Below the pieces are notes generated by a model. It had not been told where the DNA came from and did no database searches. It was given only the letters and a program-made list of their open reading frames with translations. A program made the translations under genes and the position numbers. A stretch of 64,000 nt of DNA, taken from assembly GCA_043228905.1 (NCBI GenBank), contig JBHGNT010000009.1, positions 12,152,001 through 12,216,000 of the forward strand, given 5' to 3'. Shown here in pieces: positions 25,064-37,074 of the stretch. Numbering within the stretch: the first letter of the stretch is position 1; each line of letters opens with the position of its first letter. The stretch comes from Azolla caroliniana. Taxonomy: Eukaryota > Plantae > Polypodiophyta.

Positions 25064-25829
25064 ACACAAAGTTTTTTGTATTTAGATCATTGTTTGTAAT
25101 TGATTACCATATGAGCAAGTTTTTGATTAACTACTTCTTGGCACTGTTTTGGTTTACTTATCCTGAATTTGAACTTGATACTATTTGAGTACTCATCTTA
25201 GTGACTAATTTAGTACCAACTTGATATGCAATGTACTAACTTTGATACATATATTTGTAAGAATGTGAATTTGATACTATTTGAGGTCTCATCTTAGTAA
25301 GAATGTCACTTGTTATGCACACATATGACATTGACGCTTGTTATGGACACATATGACACTCATGTCTTGGATATGTCTAGGTTAGTAAACACTTAGCACA
25401 GTATTAGTACTATATTTTAATGCATTGTAGTGACTTTGATATATATGAACTCTAAAATAGTTATAGGCATAACATGGTATGTATACTTGAACGAACCATT
25501 GTATTAGTACTAACAATTAACATGTTCAATCTGTTCCCTCATCTACTCAACCACACCCTCATGAGTGTACCACACACTAGAAACATGTGTGGAATGAACA
25601 CTCCTATCTTAGACATCTCTAGGTTAGGAAACACTTAACATAGTTTTAGTACTAACCAAAGATATTTTTCACCATAAATTGTATGTAAAAGATACATACA
25701 TATCTAAACAAAACACCGAGATTAAGAGCTTTGTCATTGCAAACTCATAAGAAAACCAAAGATGATATATTTCCATTGGCCAGAGTTTACAAGACATGCG
25801 AATGTTACATATGAATAGTGCTTACCATT

Positions 25830-28800
25830 CTAAGAATTAAAGAGGGAGACCTCCCCCAATATGTGTTCGTGAACCTCTTTGGGGACCTTGTAGACAGTGT
25901 TGTATCCCTTAACCTTGTGCTTTGCTTGACTCATAGTGAACTTGATTGCGATGACAGCGTCAACATAGATTATTGCAGTGGGTGCATCTTTTAATAATGC
26001 ATACGTGTTCTTGCATTGTGGTAACTTTGCATAGTAGTTGCCATACACAACACACTCACCAACGTTGAACATGTTGCCCCAACCGTCCCTCACGACTTCT
26101 TCCAATATTGTATTTCCTTGCTTGCACACCACAATGTAGTAGTCTTCAAAATCTTCATTTTGAGGAGATTTGAGCACTGTAAAATGATCTCCAACTTCCA
26201 ATAATACTACCAAGTCCTCACATTGGTTGTAGGATACAATATTGTCTGCATGTTCGTCTTCCTGGATATCCACACATTGTTCAATCTCAAGCTTCTGTAG
26301 CTTCCATGGCTCCACAATTGATAGATTGGTGCATTCATCCCAAGCTTCATCTAAACACATGGAACAAAAGCACAATAAACTACGGAATAACAATTGTGTT
26401 GTGTCCCTGCGACTAAACCCTAAAACACAATGGGTCTTGCACGTCCCTTTCACAGTTTTACAACCATATGATTTACTCCTATCCACCTCATTAGCACCAA
26501 CCTCAATAAACAATCTATTCTTACCATCATCTGACATCTTCCATGTCAGCCACTCCACAACATCATGTGCATTTTGTAACTTCACACCTTTATTATCCAA
26601 CTGTTCACTTGTAAGAGCATGCTTGATCACAGCCCCCCCGCCATCGTGCTCTCCTTTTACATGTCCAGACCCAAAGTAGTTCCATTGCATCCTAATGTTT
26701 GTCAATGAGAAGTATCTGGGTGTTTTGCATGATAGTTAGCCAACAAACAGAGTTAGTGCATTACTGGAGCTTACATCTCTTAACATAACTTAAACCAAAA
26801 TTTCCACTAATGCACAAGAGAGGACATTACTAAGTTATAAATTAATAGAAATGAATGATAGAGGACAGTACTAAGTTATAAATTAAAAGAAATGAACAAG
26901 AGAGGATAGTACTAAGCTATTGATTAGTATTAATTCATGAGAGAGGACCATCCTAAGTTATAACTTGGTCTTAATGAACAAAGTTGGATAGTACTAAGTT
27001 AATAATTAGTAATAATGAACATAGTTGGATAGTTCTCATGCTAATAATTAGTACTAATGTTTGTACTAATGGGTCATGACAATCATAAGTTATAAACTTG
27101 GGTTAATGAACAAAGTTGGACAGTACTAAGTTATTATTTAGTACTAATGCACTAGAGAGACCCATCCTAATTAGTACTAATGAACAAAGTTATAAATGAG
27201 TAGTAATGACCGAAAGAAGATAGTACTAATGCACGAGAGAGGACAATGCTAAGTTACAAATTAGTACTCCTGCCTGTGGGATGACACCACAAAGTTATCA
27301 ATTGGTACTTGTGCATGCGGTATCTGAGTACTAAGTTGTAAAACATAGTCAGTACTTGTGCATGTGGGATAATAGTACTAAGTTGTAAAATAAGGGTACT
27401 TTACAAGGCGTTGAATTGTAGTCAGTACTTGTGCATGTGGGATGATACTACTAAGTTGTAAAATAAGGATACTTTTCAAGGCTTTGAACCATACATACAA
27501 GACTTACACCATAATTAGTACAAACATTTCAAGACAGTACTGGTGCATGTAGTAGGAGAATTACTAATTGTATTTTATACAAACATTTTTTATGTCTATT
27601 CATATAATATTCGTACTGGTAGGAAACTCAAGCAATAGATGACATCTACTATGAAGTATTACCAAAATAGACTTTCAGTTATAAGCACCAATCATATGGA
27701 TTATTTCCTTGCCTTGCAATAAAGTAGAAGGACCGAGCCACCTTAAATTGTGAGGCAGCACCATCAGACCAGACCCAATGGCAATAAAAGTTAACACCCA
27801 AGGACAATAAATCTGCGTGGTGAAGCTTAAAACAATGTTGAACAAATCGCGTATTATGCTTTTTATCATCTGAAATATAGAATATTGATTTCTTATGTAA
27901 CTCACCATCTTTTCTGTAGTAGCAAATATGTACAAGTATTGTACATTGGTCATTGTACCAATGCATTGACTAAACCTCATTTTCAACTTTAAAGGTATAG
28001 TTCTTTGCAAAGTCAATAACAGATACCATAACATCTGGTGGTAAGTTATTTATACATTCCTTGAATTGTGAATTTTGCCAATAACTCCTAAAGTTATGTG
28101 GAATGAACTCCCCGAGTTGCTTCTTAAACTTTGAGACAAGGGTAGCAGCACATGTCTCCTTATATACTTCCTTGATACGCTTACTAATGAGACCCTTACC
28201 TATATTTTCTGTCACATACTCTAAATATTTCCATTTCACAATATGACAGTTATCCACGTCAACCTCCTATCTACAAAATAACGGTTGTGGGCAAACCTTA
28301 CATGTTCTAACAAGACATGTACGATCATGCCACTCAGATGATGGTTTTTTTTCACAAACAAAAGACCTCCATAACTCAGAAACTGTTGCATAAGTCATGT
28401 TTCGCGCATTACATCTATTACCACTCCCATTTGGTCTACATACCTCACAAGTGCAAACACACCCATCCCTGTGTATACCCTTAGAATCAGTACGCATATT
28501 GTTCACGCCAAGCCTTAACATGTCCATTTTAATGTGGTACACACAACAACATGTGTTCCTCTCCTTTAACTTTCTAACAAAAAATGGTTTCAAACCTTGG
28601 AACTTGCGAAATCCAAGATTGATGCTAGGATGTTGGTCTTTGAAGTTCATGAACAATTCAGCCTACATCACTCAATAAATAGGTAACATTAATAGAAGCA
28701 TTTAGTAAACAACAAAATATTTAAAACCAAATAGATAAAAAATTGAATTACCTCAATCATCTCCAAGAAGTGTCTTGGGTGAATCTGGTACCTACCCCGA

Positions 28801-29372
28801 CTTATACGTTGTCTACATACATCTTTTTTATTCAGTGAGACACGTGTGTTTTTTGCCCAAAGGGAACCCACTTCCTCAATAATCTCATGAGACAATGCAT
28901 CACTTCGTCATCTATGGCCTAACCCCAACTACTTCAATTGATTTGATTGTATATTTGACCAATGCTTCCTCAAGTTCCTTCTTTGGATACCAAGTGCTAA
29001 GGCAACTTTAGTATCACTATTTTTTTTTTCGTTGTACCATTTACAACCATGTGAAGGGATGCTCTCTTTGCACCAAGCTTATCTATGTTCTCTACCCCTT
29101 TCACTAAATGACTTCATATACTCTACAATTTCCTCTGAAACGCATTGGTCCCTAAACTTAATATTCTCCATGTCTTCATTCAAAAGTTGATGGTGCAACA
29201 CTCTAGAGATAATATCCCTACGATCCTCCAACCTAAATCTCTCAATTACTTCTAGTAAATAACGGACTATGTGAAGAACCACACGTCTCTTTCTCCTCTC
29301 AGACATAGATTTGTTAAGGGACACCTCACTCTCCTCATCGACAACCATTGTCACTCTCATATATTCCAACAC
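25830..29372 (-). pseudogene. DDD-type transposase, Sola-like, three exons, disrupted
   Basis: KPFFVR...TCCCVYH; Cys-rich segments; VIDFAKNY...SMHW...YISDDKKH...WSDGAASQFK | WNYFGSGHVKGEHDGGGAVIK; C-terminal CFCSMC. Introns ~28665-28751 and 26716-27712. The superfamily is assigned from recalled motifs only. Confidence 0.8.
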
Positions 29373-30771
29373 CTAATTTCTTGTTATTTCAACACCTAAT
29401 TAATCAAAATAAGTGCTTAATACATTGTAAAATAAACATAGTTAATACCCCATAGCATAAACATCAACCGGAAATCGGATAAACATTTGAGAGTTTGCCA
29501 CAGTCATATATTCCTTTTCCAAAACAATTAACTTTTAAGAAATAATTGCATCAATAAACTTGTTGTTTGAAATACATAAGTTTTATGACTCACAAGATGA
29601 TGAGATGCATGCATACTGTTTACATCATGAAGTCTTCTTAACTAGAGTTTAAGACTAAGATAAGTATAACATAACGCATGTTATGCATGAGTTCATAACA
29701 CACACACTATTCATTTACTTTTTCCATAAAAAACGCCCCCATCAATGAAATCCAAATCTGTTGGTTCTTCAAACCGTTTATCAAGCCTTATTAACATATT
29801 GGTATTCATGTTAAACGTCTCAACCCATATAAAACCTTAACATGGATCAATTTAAGACTCTCATGAAGATTGCTAGAACATACAAAGACAATTTATGTTT
29901 AGCGTTTTCCATGATGAATAACTTATGTCAACTCAAACTGTATATTTTGCTGCTCCTAGCTGGTCATTTTACAAGCCCAGCCTGGATGTTGCTAATCCAT
30001 TATATCATTAAAACATCCATGCTGGGCTTGTAAAATGACCAGAAGCACTTGGTTGAAACCATTAGTTAGAACATTATAGACTCCAAATATGCAAGTTCTA
30101 AACCACTTGGCTAACAAGGCTGGTGTAAATATTTCAGATTCATGTTATCATGTCATGTTTACATTATTTTAAGATTCCTATTCAACATTAATCTTCATAT
30201 GTGCCAATTTCAGATTGCTAGAGTATACATTCAATTAACAGTACTGTATAGAAATAACCACTTCATAGAAATAGACGCAGACATACCGAGTGAAAGAGAA
30301 GATGGAGAAGACATACTGAAGGAAGGAGAAGATGGGGAAGACAAGTGATGCAGAGAACAACAAAACGACATTTCGAGTGCACTGTGAAGACCTGAGTTGG
30401 AAGGCGGAAGACTAGAGTGCGTTGTGAAGACCTGAGTTGGAAGGCGGAAGACTAGAGTGTGCGCTGTGAAGACCTACGTTGTCTCAATTGGAAGGCGGAA
30501 GAGGAAACACTTGGGAGCAGCGCCAAAAGGATTTAATGTGGTGTCCTAAATTAAACATGAGGGAGAAATAGCCCCCAAAATAGTCTTGAATATGCAACAA
30601 CTGTCCCCCCACCCATTCCCTTAGTTTAATACAATGTACACCACTCCCTAAAATGATTTTAATTATTTTCGATTTTTTTTTTTCCCCTTAGTTCACGTTG
30701 TCGCGTTGTTACGCGCGTGCGTGGAGAACAAGGCGGGACCACTGGGGTCTTGGACTGAGGAATAGGTGAGC

Positions 30772-30774
<3 letters not shown>

Positions 30775-30822
<48 letters not shown>
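30775..30822. repeat. (GA)n microsatellite within LTR
   Basis: Pure GA run; the corresponding run in the partner LTR (37195-37212) is much shorter. Confidence 0.97.
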
Positions 30823-30824
<2 letters not shown>

Positions 30825-31473
30825 CACGTATAGACAAAGAAGCGCACGGGGACGCGTCACAACAACACAGGAGATGCGAGTTGAGAACACTAGAGTGTGT
30901 ATGTAAATATAGGCATGTATTTGTATGTATGCAGAAGACTCGAACGGTTACAGCCGACCAGGTCGGCGAGGTGGATGCCAACACCTGATCACCCACGCAC
31001 ACAGGAGAGCAAGATGGAGATTCTGCCGGAAGCACACGGGCATTCCACGGAGCAAAATCAGCCTCCTGGGAACCTGCGCAAAAGAAAGCTATGGAGAACG
31101 ATAGAGAAGAAGAGCTCGGTCCCAATCCGACAACACTTCCCCCCTCCCCCCTCTCGCGCCCCGTCTCCCTCTCTTTTATAGCTCAAGGAGGGAGGCCGTT
31201 TCACCCGTTTACATCACATTAATTCTCTGTCCTTTCGGACAGAGATACTCCTCAATTTCCCTTATAGAATATTGCTACCTAGGATTTAACCTTTGTGCCT
31301 ACCTATCTACTATACGACAAGGGACGTGCCCACGTGTAAGGGTCGGTTCACACACACTATACACGGTTTGCGCCTGGGGACGGTTTTCTTCACGACATCC
31401 GCCCCCACCTAACTGCGCATCCACCGGTATGCGCCAAAACTGGGTTCCTATGGGAGAAAACCGATCCTTGCTT

Positions 31474-34400
31474 TTATTCCTCGTTTACCGGTTCATCCTC
31501 CGCCTCGGGCTGCTTGTTGTCGATGTCTATGCCCCCTAGCCCCGGCTCCCCGTCGTGCCATTTCTTGAACGCTTTGATCCTCTTCCCCGCTACCGGTATC
31601 GCCATTCTCGTACCGTCGAGCTCCGCGAGATGGTACGTCCCATTGCCGTTGGCGCCTGTTACTACGTAAGGCCCGAACCACCTGCTCGCAAACTTCTGTG
31701 TGGGCTTGTGCTGATTGTCGAGGCTGCTGTCGTAGACTAGCATCCAGTCGCCTTCCTCGATCTTCCTTGGCCTGAATCGGTGTGTTCGGTCGAACCGGGC
31801 TTTGTTCCTTATCCTCGCTACTCGAAGTTTCTCCGCGGCTCGCTCTACATCCTCCGGCCTCCACTCGAGCTGTCGAATCCGCGCTGTCAACAGTTCCTCC
31901 CGGCTCATCTCATCCCTCCAGTCCACCGTGGCCAACAAGGAGATCGTTCGCTCTGTTGGTATGATCGGCTTCTATCCGAACATCAGCTCGGCCGGCATGA
32001 ACCCGGTTACCGAACTGTGCGTAGTCCGGTCCGCCCACAAGGCATATGGTAGCAGTCGTGGCCAATCCCCGACTCGGCCTCCGCACGCCCGTACTAGCAC
32101 ATTGACAAGTGGCCCGTGTCCGCGCTCCACCTTCCCGTTCGCCTCCAGATTGTACGTTGTGGTGAGCGAAAGTTTGACTCCTAGCCGGTCGAACAGCTCT
32201 TCGGCCTCTTCTGCGTCCAACTCACCACGGTCAGCCACGATCTTCCCTACGCACCTGGATCGGCATACTACGTCCTCAATCAAAAACCGGCACACGGTTG
32301 TCGTCGTCTTGTTCTGCAGGGCTCGGCCTTCAACCTGGTTCGTTAGATCTTCCCGAGCCAGCACCAATACCCCATCTGTCCTACCCCCATTGGCATCGTC
32401 ACCAAATCCACCATCCACTTGAAGTGGACGGTCGGAGGGTAGGTCGGGTGAAGCTCGTCCCGATGTCGGATCATGGAGTGCACCTGACATCTTTCTTTCG
32501 CAAGTCGTCACGAACGGATGCATGTCCCGGTATAGTCCCGGCCACCAATACTTCCCCTTTAGCTTTTCGAACGTGGCCCACGTTCCACGGTGTCCAGCCC
32601 ACGGGCTATCGTGGTACGCTGCCAGCAAATCCTCCTGTTCCTCCTTCTTCGCCACCACTCGGAGCGGGATGCCGTTCCTCTTCTTCGGGTGCTTCCATAT
32701 GTATCCGTCCCGGAGAAAGAATCGGCAGGCTTTCTTCCGAATCCGGTTGGCCTCATCCGTTGTCCATGCCGCGTACGGTGTCATTGTTCTCAGGATCCCG
32801 CCGATCTGCAGCCACTCCCCGTCGTACTTGCTCTCGTCGAAATCGTTAAGCGTTGGAGAGCATTCCCTGCCGGTTGTTATGTAAGCCGCCTCGAAGAAGT
32901 CCACGCCGACTTCCTCGTCCTCTGAAACCATGCCACCGTCGTTTTCGAATCTCGCCCTTGAAAGCATGTCGGCCATGGCGTTGTCTTTCCCAGAAATGTG
33001 TCATATTTCCGGATTCAGGGACTTGATGTACGCTATCCACCCGAGCATTGCCAGGTCCGGCGTCACGCATCCGGAAACCATGCCAAGGATTGGCAAGCAG
33101 TCCGCCTCGATAATTACCTCTGTCCCGATCAAGTAGTCTTTATCGGCCTTTACCGCCGAAATGATACCCCAGAGCTCACGTTTAACTTGGGCGTATCCTC
33201 GTTGTCATTCGCTGAGGACCTTCGCGCCGAACCGGATCGGGGAACGCATGCCGTCCTCGTCCTCTTGGTTGATGACCCATCCGATCCTGGTCGGACTCGT
33301 GTCTACCGTTACGTAAATTGGAGTGCTCTGTCCGTAGACAGCCTTCTGGAGTGCCGGAGCCGCGACAAGTGCTTCCTTCATCTTCCGGACAGACTCTGTA
33401 TGCTCGTCTCTCCACTCGAATTTTCGCCCCTTTTTCAGCAACCCGTATAACGGCTCCGCGACGTGAGCGTAATGCGGGATCCATATGTGGTAGAACGCGC
33501 ACGCTCCCAAGAACCTCCAAACCTCCGTGATCGAGCTACAGTCGTTCTTCATCGTGGAGATGGCTTCTACCTTAGCCGGAGATGGTTTCCGGCCGTACGG
33601 CCTGCATAGGTGTCCGACGACCATGATCTCTGATTGCCCGAAGGCCGATTTTCCCCCGAAAAAGGTGAGCCCCGCTCCCTCCAACCTCTGCAGCACCTTC
33701 TCGCAGTCATCGATGTGCGTCGCCACGAATTTCCGGCATCCGTCCGGTTCGATCGTCTCGTCCCTTTCCTCCACCGGGCATCCCTTGATCGGGACGTCGT
33801 CCAAAAACGGCATGGTGATGTGCGGGATACAATCCCTCAGCACTTTGTTCATTGCGTTCACCATGTGAGCCACCGAGTTCGTCCCTCCTTGCGGCAGGGT
33901 ACACATCCGTACTAAGCCGAGAGGAGTTCGCATTGTCGTGATGTCTCTGCTCTCTACGGCAAGCTGGAACTGATCGTACCCCGAGTAGAGATCACCGACC
34001 GGGTAAATCGACCTTCTGGCGAAGGCCTCCGCGAACTCGTCTATTGTCGGTCCGATTCCTGCGTTTCGAATGGTCACCTTGTTGACCAGCTGTAGGTCTT
34101 GAATAAAGCACAGCATGCCGTCCTTCTTCGGCACGGTAAACCACCGATTCGAGTATGGGGCACTTGACGGTTCGAGGATTCCCATCTCGACCTTCTGCTT
34201 TAACAACTCCATCAGCTTCGAGATGTGAGCTCTGGGTACTGGGATCGGTTTGAGACTCCATGGCACATGCGGTATCGTGAATATCACCATCGGTTCCACG
34301 ACTGTTGGGTCTACGCACCCGATCTCCTCCGGTGAGAATGTGAAAGCCTTCCCGTGCCTTCCGAGCATTCCCCGAAAACGGTTCTCTTCCGCCAGCAGTA

Positions 34401-34965
34401 GGAAGCCGCCCCCACCGATTTTGAGCTCGCGCAGCGTTATGTCGGTGAACGTGTGTCCTATGCGGGCCGGATTTCGTAAACTCGGGTCCGACGCAACCCC
34501 CTTTATTCTCAACTCGCTGCCCTCCGGCAAGGGAGCCGCGACTGGCCTTACCTTCCGGTCCACAGTCTTGTACCTCGTGTCCACCCGGGCCGTCCGATCC
34601 GACTCGAGCCCTCTATTGAAGTCCGCGATGACTTCGTACATCTTTTCCGAACATACCAGAATCGTTCGGTCCTCTTTAAGGACTCCTCCGACTACCTCCC
34701 GCAGCTCCCCCAAGGTATCGTTGAAAGAGACTGCCTCCATGGCTCCATTGATTTCCTCTCCGAGGTCGAGGACGCCACATGCCCGAAGTCGCTCCTCCGC
34801 CCTTCTCTTCTTCCGGCCAACAACGTCGACTATCGTACACCCTCCGTTGTCGGAGAACCAAAATTCCCTACTTATAGCACAGGTCTTCCTCGCTATCATA
34901 CACTTGTGGGGTTTTCCCAGAGTGTCCGGACTATCGTGGCCCCACGCCTTGATAGCCCTCTTCAA
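31474..34965 (-). pseudogene. pol: Pol: RT, RNase H, integrase; frameshifted
   Basis: QDLQLVNKVT, DLYSGYDQ, LPQGGTNS, PFLDDVPIKG; VDTSPT; HDSPWAGHRG; VADRGE; ANGKVERGH; WFGPY. Confidence 0.93.
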
Positions 34966-37074
34966 AAATCCTCTCGGCTTTCGCCCCCGAGGGTCTCGCG
35001 GTTCCTCTCATGGTTCAGTCTCACCGTCAGGAACTGGACCAAGTGACGCCCATCCTGGCTCTTGACCCTTGCATAGGCCGAGCCGTTGTCCAGCACCTTG
35101 GTCTCCATCCGTGTTGTCGTGATGTACGGTTCTCCTAGTATAACCGGATGTGAGGACGTCTCCTGCATGAAGAAGTGCTGGTCAATCTCGACATCGCCGA
35201 TCTTTACTCGTACGTTCGGGCAGGCTCCATGCAATTCTTCGGTGGCACGCGTCGCCGCCCGTATTTTCCACCCGTGCTTGGTGTTGATCAACCATTTTCC
35301 CTTCTTATAGAAATCCATGGACATCAAATTGATTTTTGAACCCTGGTCCACCAACGCCACCACCAGTTCATGAACATCTCCGATCTTCACAGGGGTCTCC
35401 GTTGTCGCTCTGGCCCAGTGTGGCCTCGAATAGTGGCTCTCCGCCAACTCGTCTTCTAGCGCCATGTCCTCTATGTGCGTCATTCGCACCTCCACCGGCT
35501 TCTCCGGTTCTATCTCTGTCGACAGCCTCTTCCTCTTCACCAAGTCTACGATGGAGTCGTGGAACTCCTTCTTGGCGATCCCGAGCACTTCCCTCAGCGA
35601 TAGCTCCACCTTGCTGTCGAGGATTCGTTCTTCCAGGACCTTTCGCAGGTCAGTGGATCTTTCGATTTCTGTGCCCAGCCGGTATCCGCCCTTCTTGGGA
35701 TTATCCTGGGCGTCGGTTACAACGGCCTTATTCCGTCTTTGCCCAAATCGAGTTTCATATCGCTGCGAGGGCCCGGCCCCTCCGCTTGTCCTCCACCAGA
35801 GCCTCGTAGTTTTGACAAGCGGCTTCGATGAAGCCCGTCTTTTCTTCCACCGAGTCACTCCACCCGGTTACCTCCCGGACCCGTTTTTCCACGCGGTCCA
35901 CCTCTTCTTTCCTCAGCCGTGCGCCGGCGAGGCCTTCCAGCATCGTCGGCCAGAACCCGGCTTTGTTCGTCTTCGGGACCTCGCCACCTCCGACCCGAAT
36001 ACCAGCTGATGCCGAGTAGTGGACGGTCTCCGCGTGACGAGCCGCCGCCTCCTCCATCAACCTTTTCATACCCCCTCGCCTGACGTTTAGGTTCAGGGCC
36101 CTTCGGGTCTCGCTGGCGTGCACCCGACCGTTCCACAGGTACACCACATTGCTTCTCATCGCCTCGGCGAAGTCCCCGCAGTCCTTCCGGATGTGCCCAA
36201 CCGCGTCACACCACATGCACCTGTTTTCAGCCAGAGGTCGTCGGTCACGAACCTGTTCGCCACCATCCCTCCGTGCCTGGGCGATCTGGAGATCCTTTAC
36301 CATCTGCGTCAGTTCCTCCAGCGCTGCTCCCCCGGACGAGCCCTTGACCATGCCGGTTGAAGCCGACTCAGTCTCGAGCCAATCTCAGGTCTCTTCCCTT
36401 CGCGTTGGTGGTGTTGGCTCGAGCTTCTTTGCTGCGACAGAGCCCGCCCCTGTCGATCCTTTGTCAACCCATTCCCGCCGTTTGTCGAAACGGCCACAGA
36501 CCGTTTTCACCACGGCCCAATCGGTCGTCAGCCCGTCATCAGTCTCCAATAGGAGGCGTACCTGCTCCTGATCCCGCTCGTCAACCGACTTAACAAACAA
36601 TAGGACACGGCTTGTGTCCAGAACGGTCCGGTCAAGCACCGAGAGGAGCGCGAAGCGTTTCTCAAACTCCCGAAGGAGCACTGACGCGTTCCTTCCTTTG
36701 TCGAGGGTCTCCACCCACTCCATGAAGTCCCGCTTCGAAAGTCGAAGCGCATCTTCAAGCCCATATCTTTGGAGGAGCCGACCTTCGAACTCCTCCCATG
36801 TCCGGCTCTCGGCCCGTACCTCGAGCACCTCCATAGAGATACCCGGCATCGCCACTCGAGGGAATCCGGCTAGATGCCTCTCTTCCGGAATGTCCCTCAT
36901 TACCATCTCAGCCCGGTAGGACGCCAAGTAGCTTGTGGCATCCTTCCCACTAAACCGGCCGATCGTACCGACAACCGCCTCGATAGCCCTATCAAGGGCG
37001 TTGGCGCCTTCGCGCGCACTCACTATACGGTCTACAGCCGAAGCCATGGCTTCTGCAAGGTCCGACCCCCTCAT
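34962..37074 (-). pseudogene. gag: Gag + zinc knuckle + aspartic protease (frameshifted pieces 36385-37074, 35755-36351, 34962-35858)
   Basis: GRFSGKDATSYL; CMWCDAVGHIRKDC; ALVDQGSKINLMS...VILGEPY. Confidence 0.9.
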
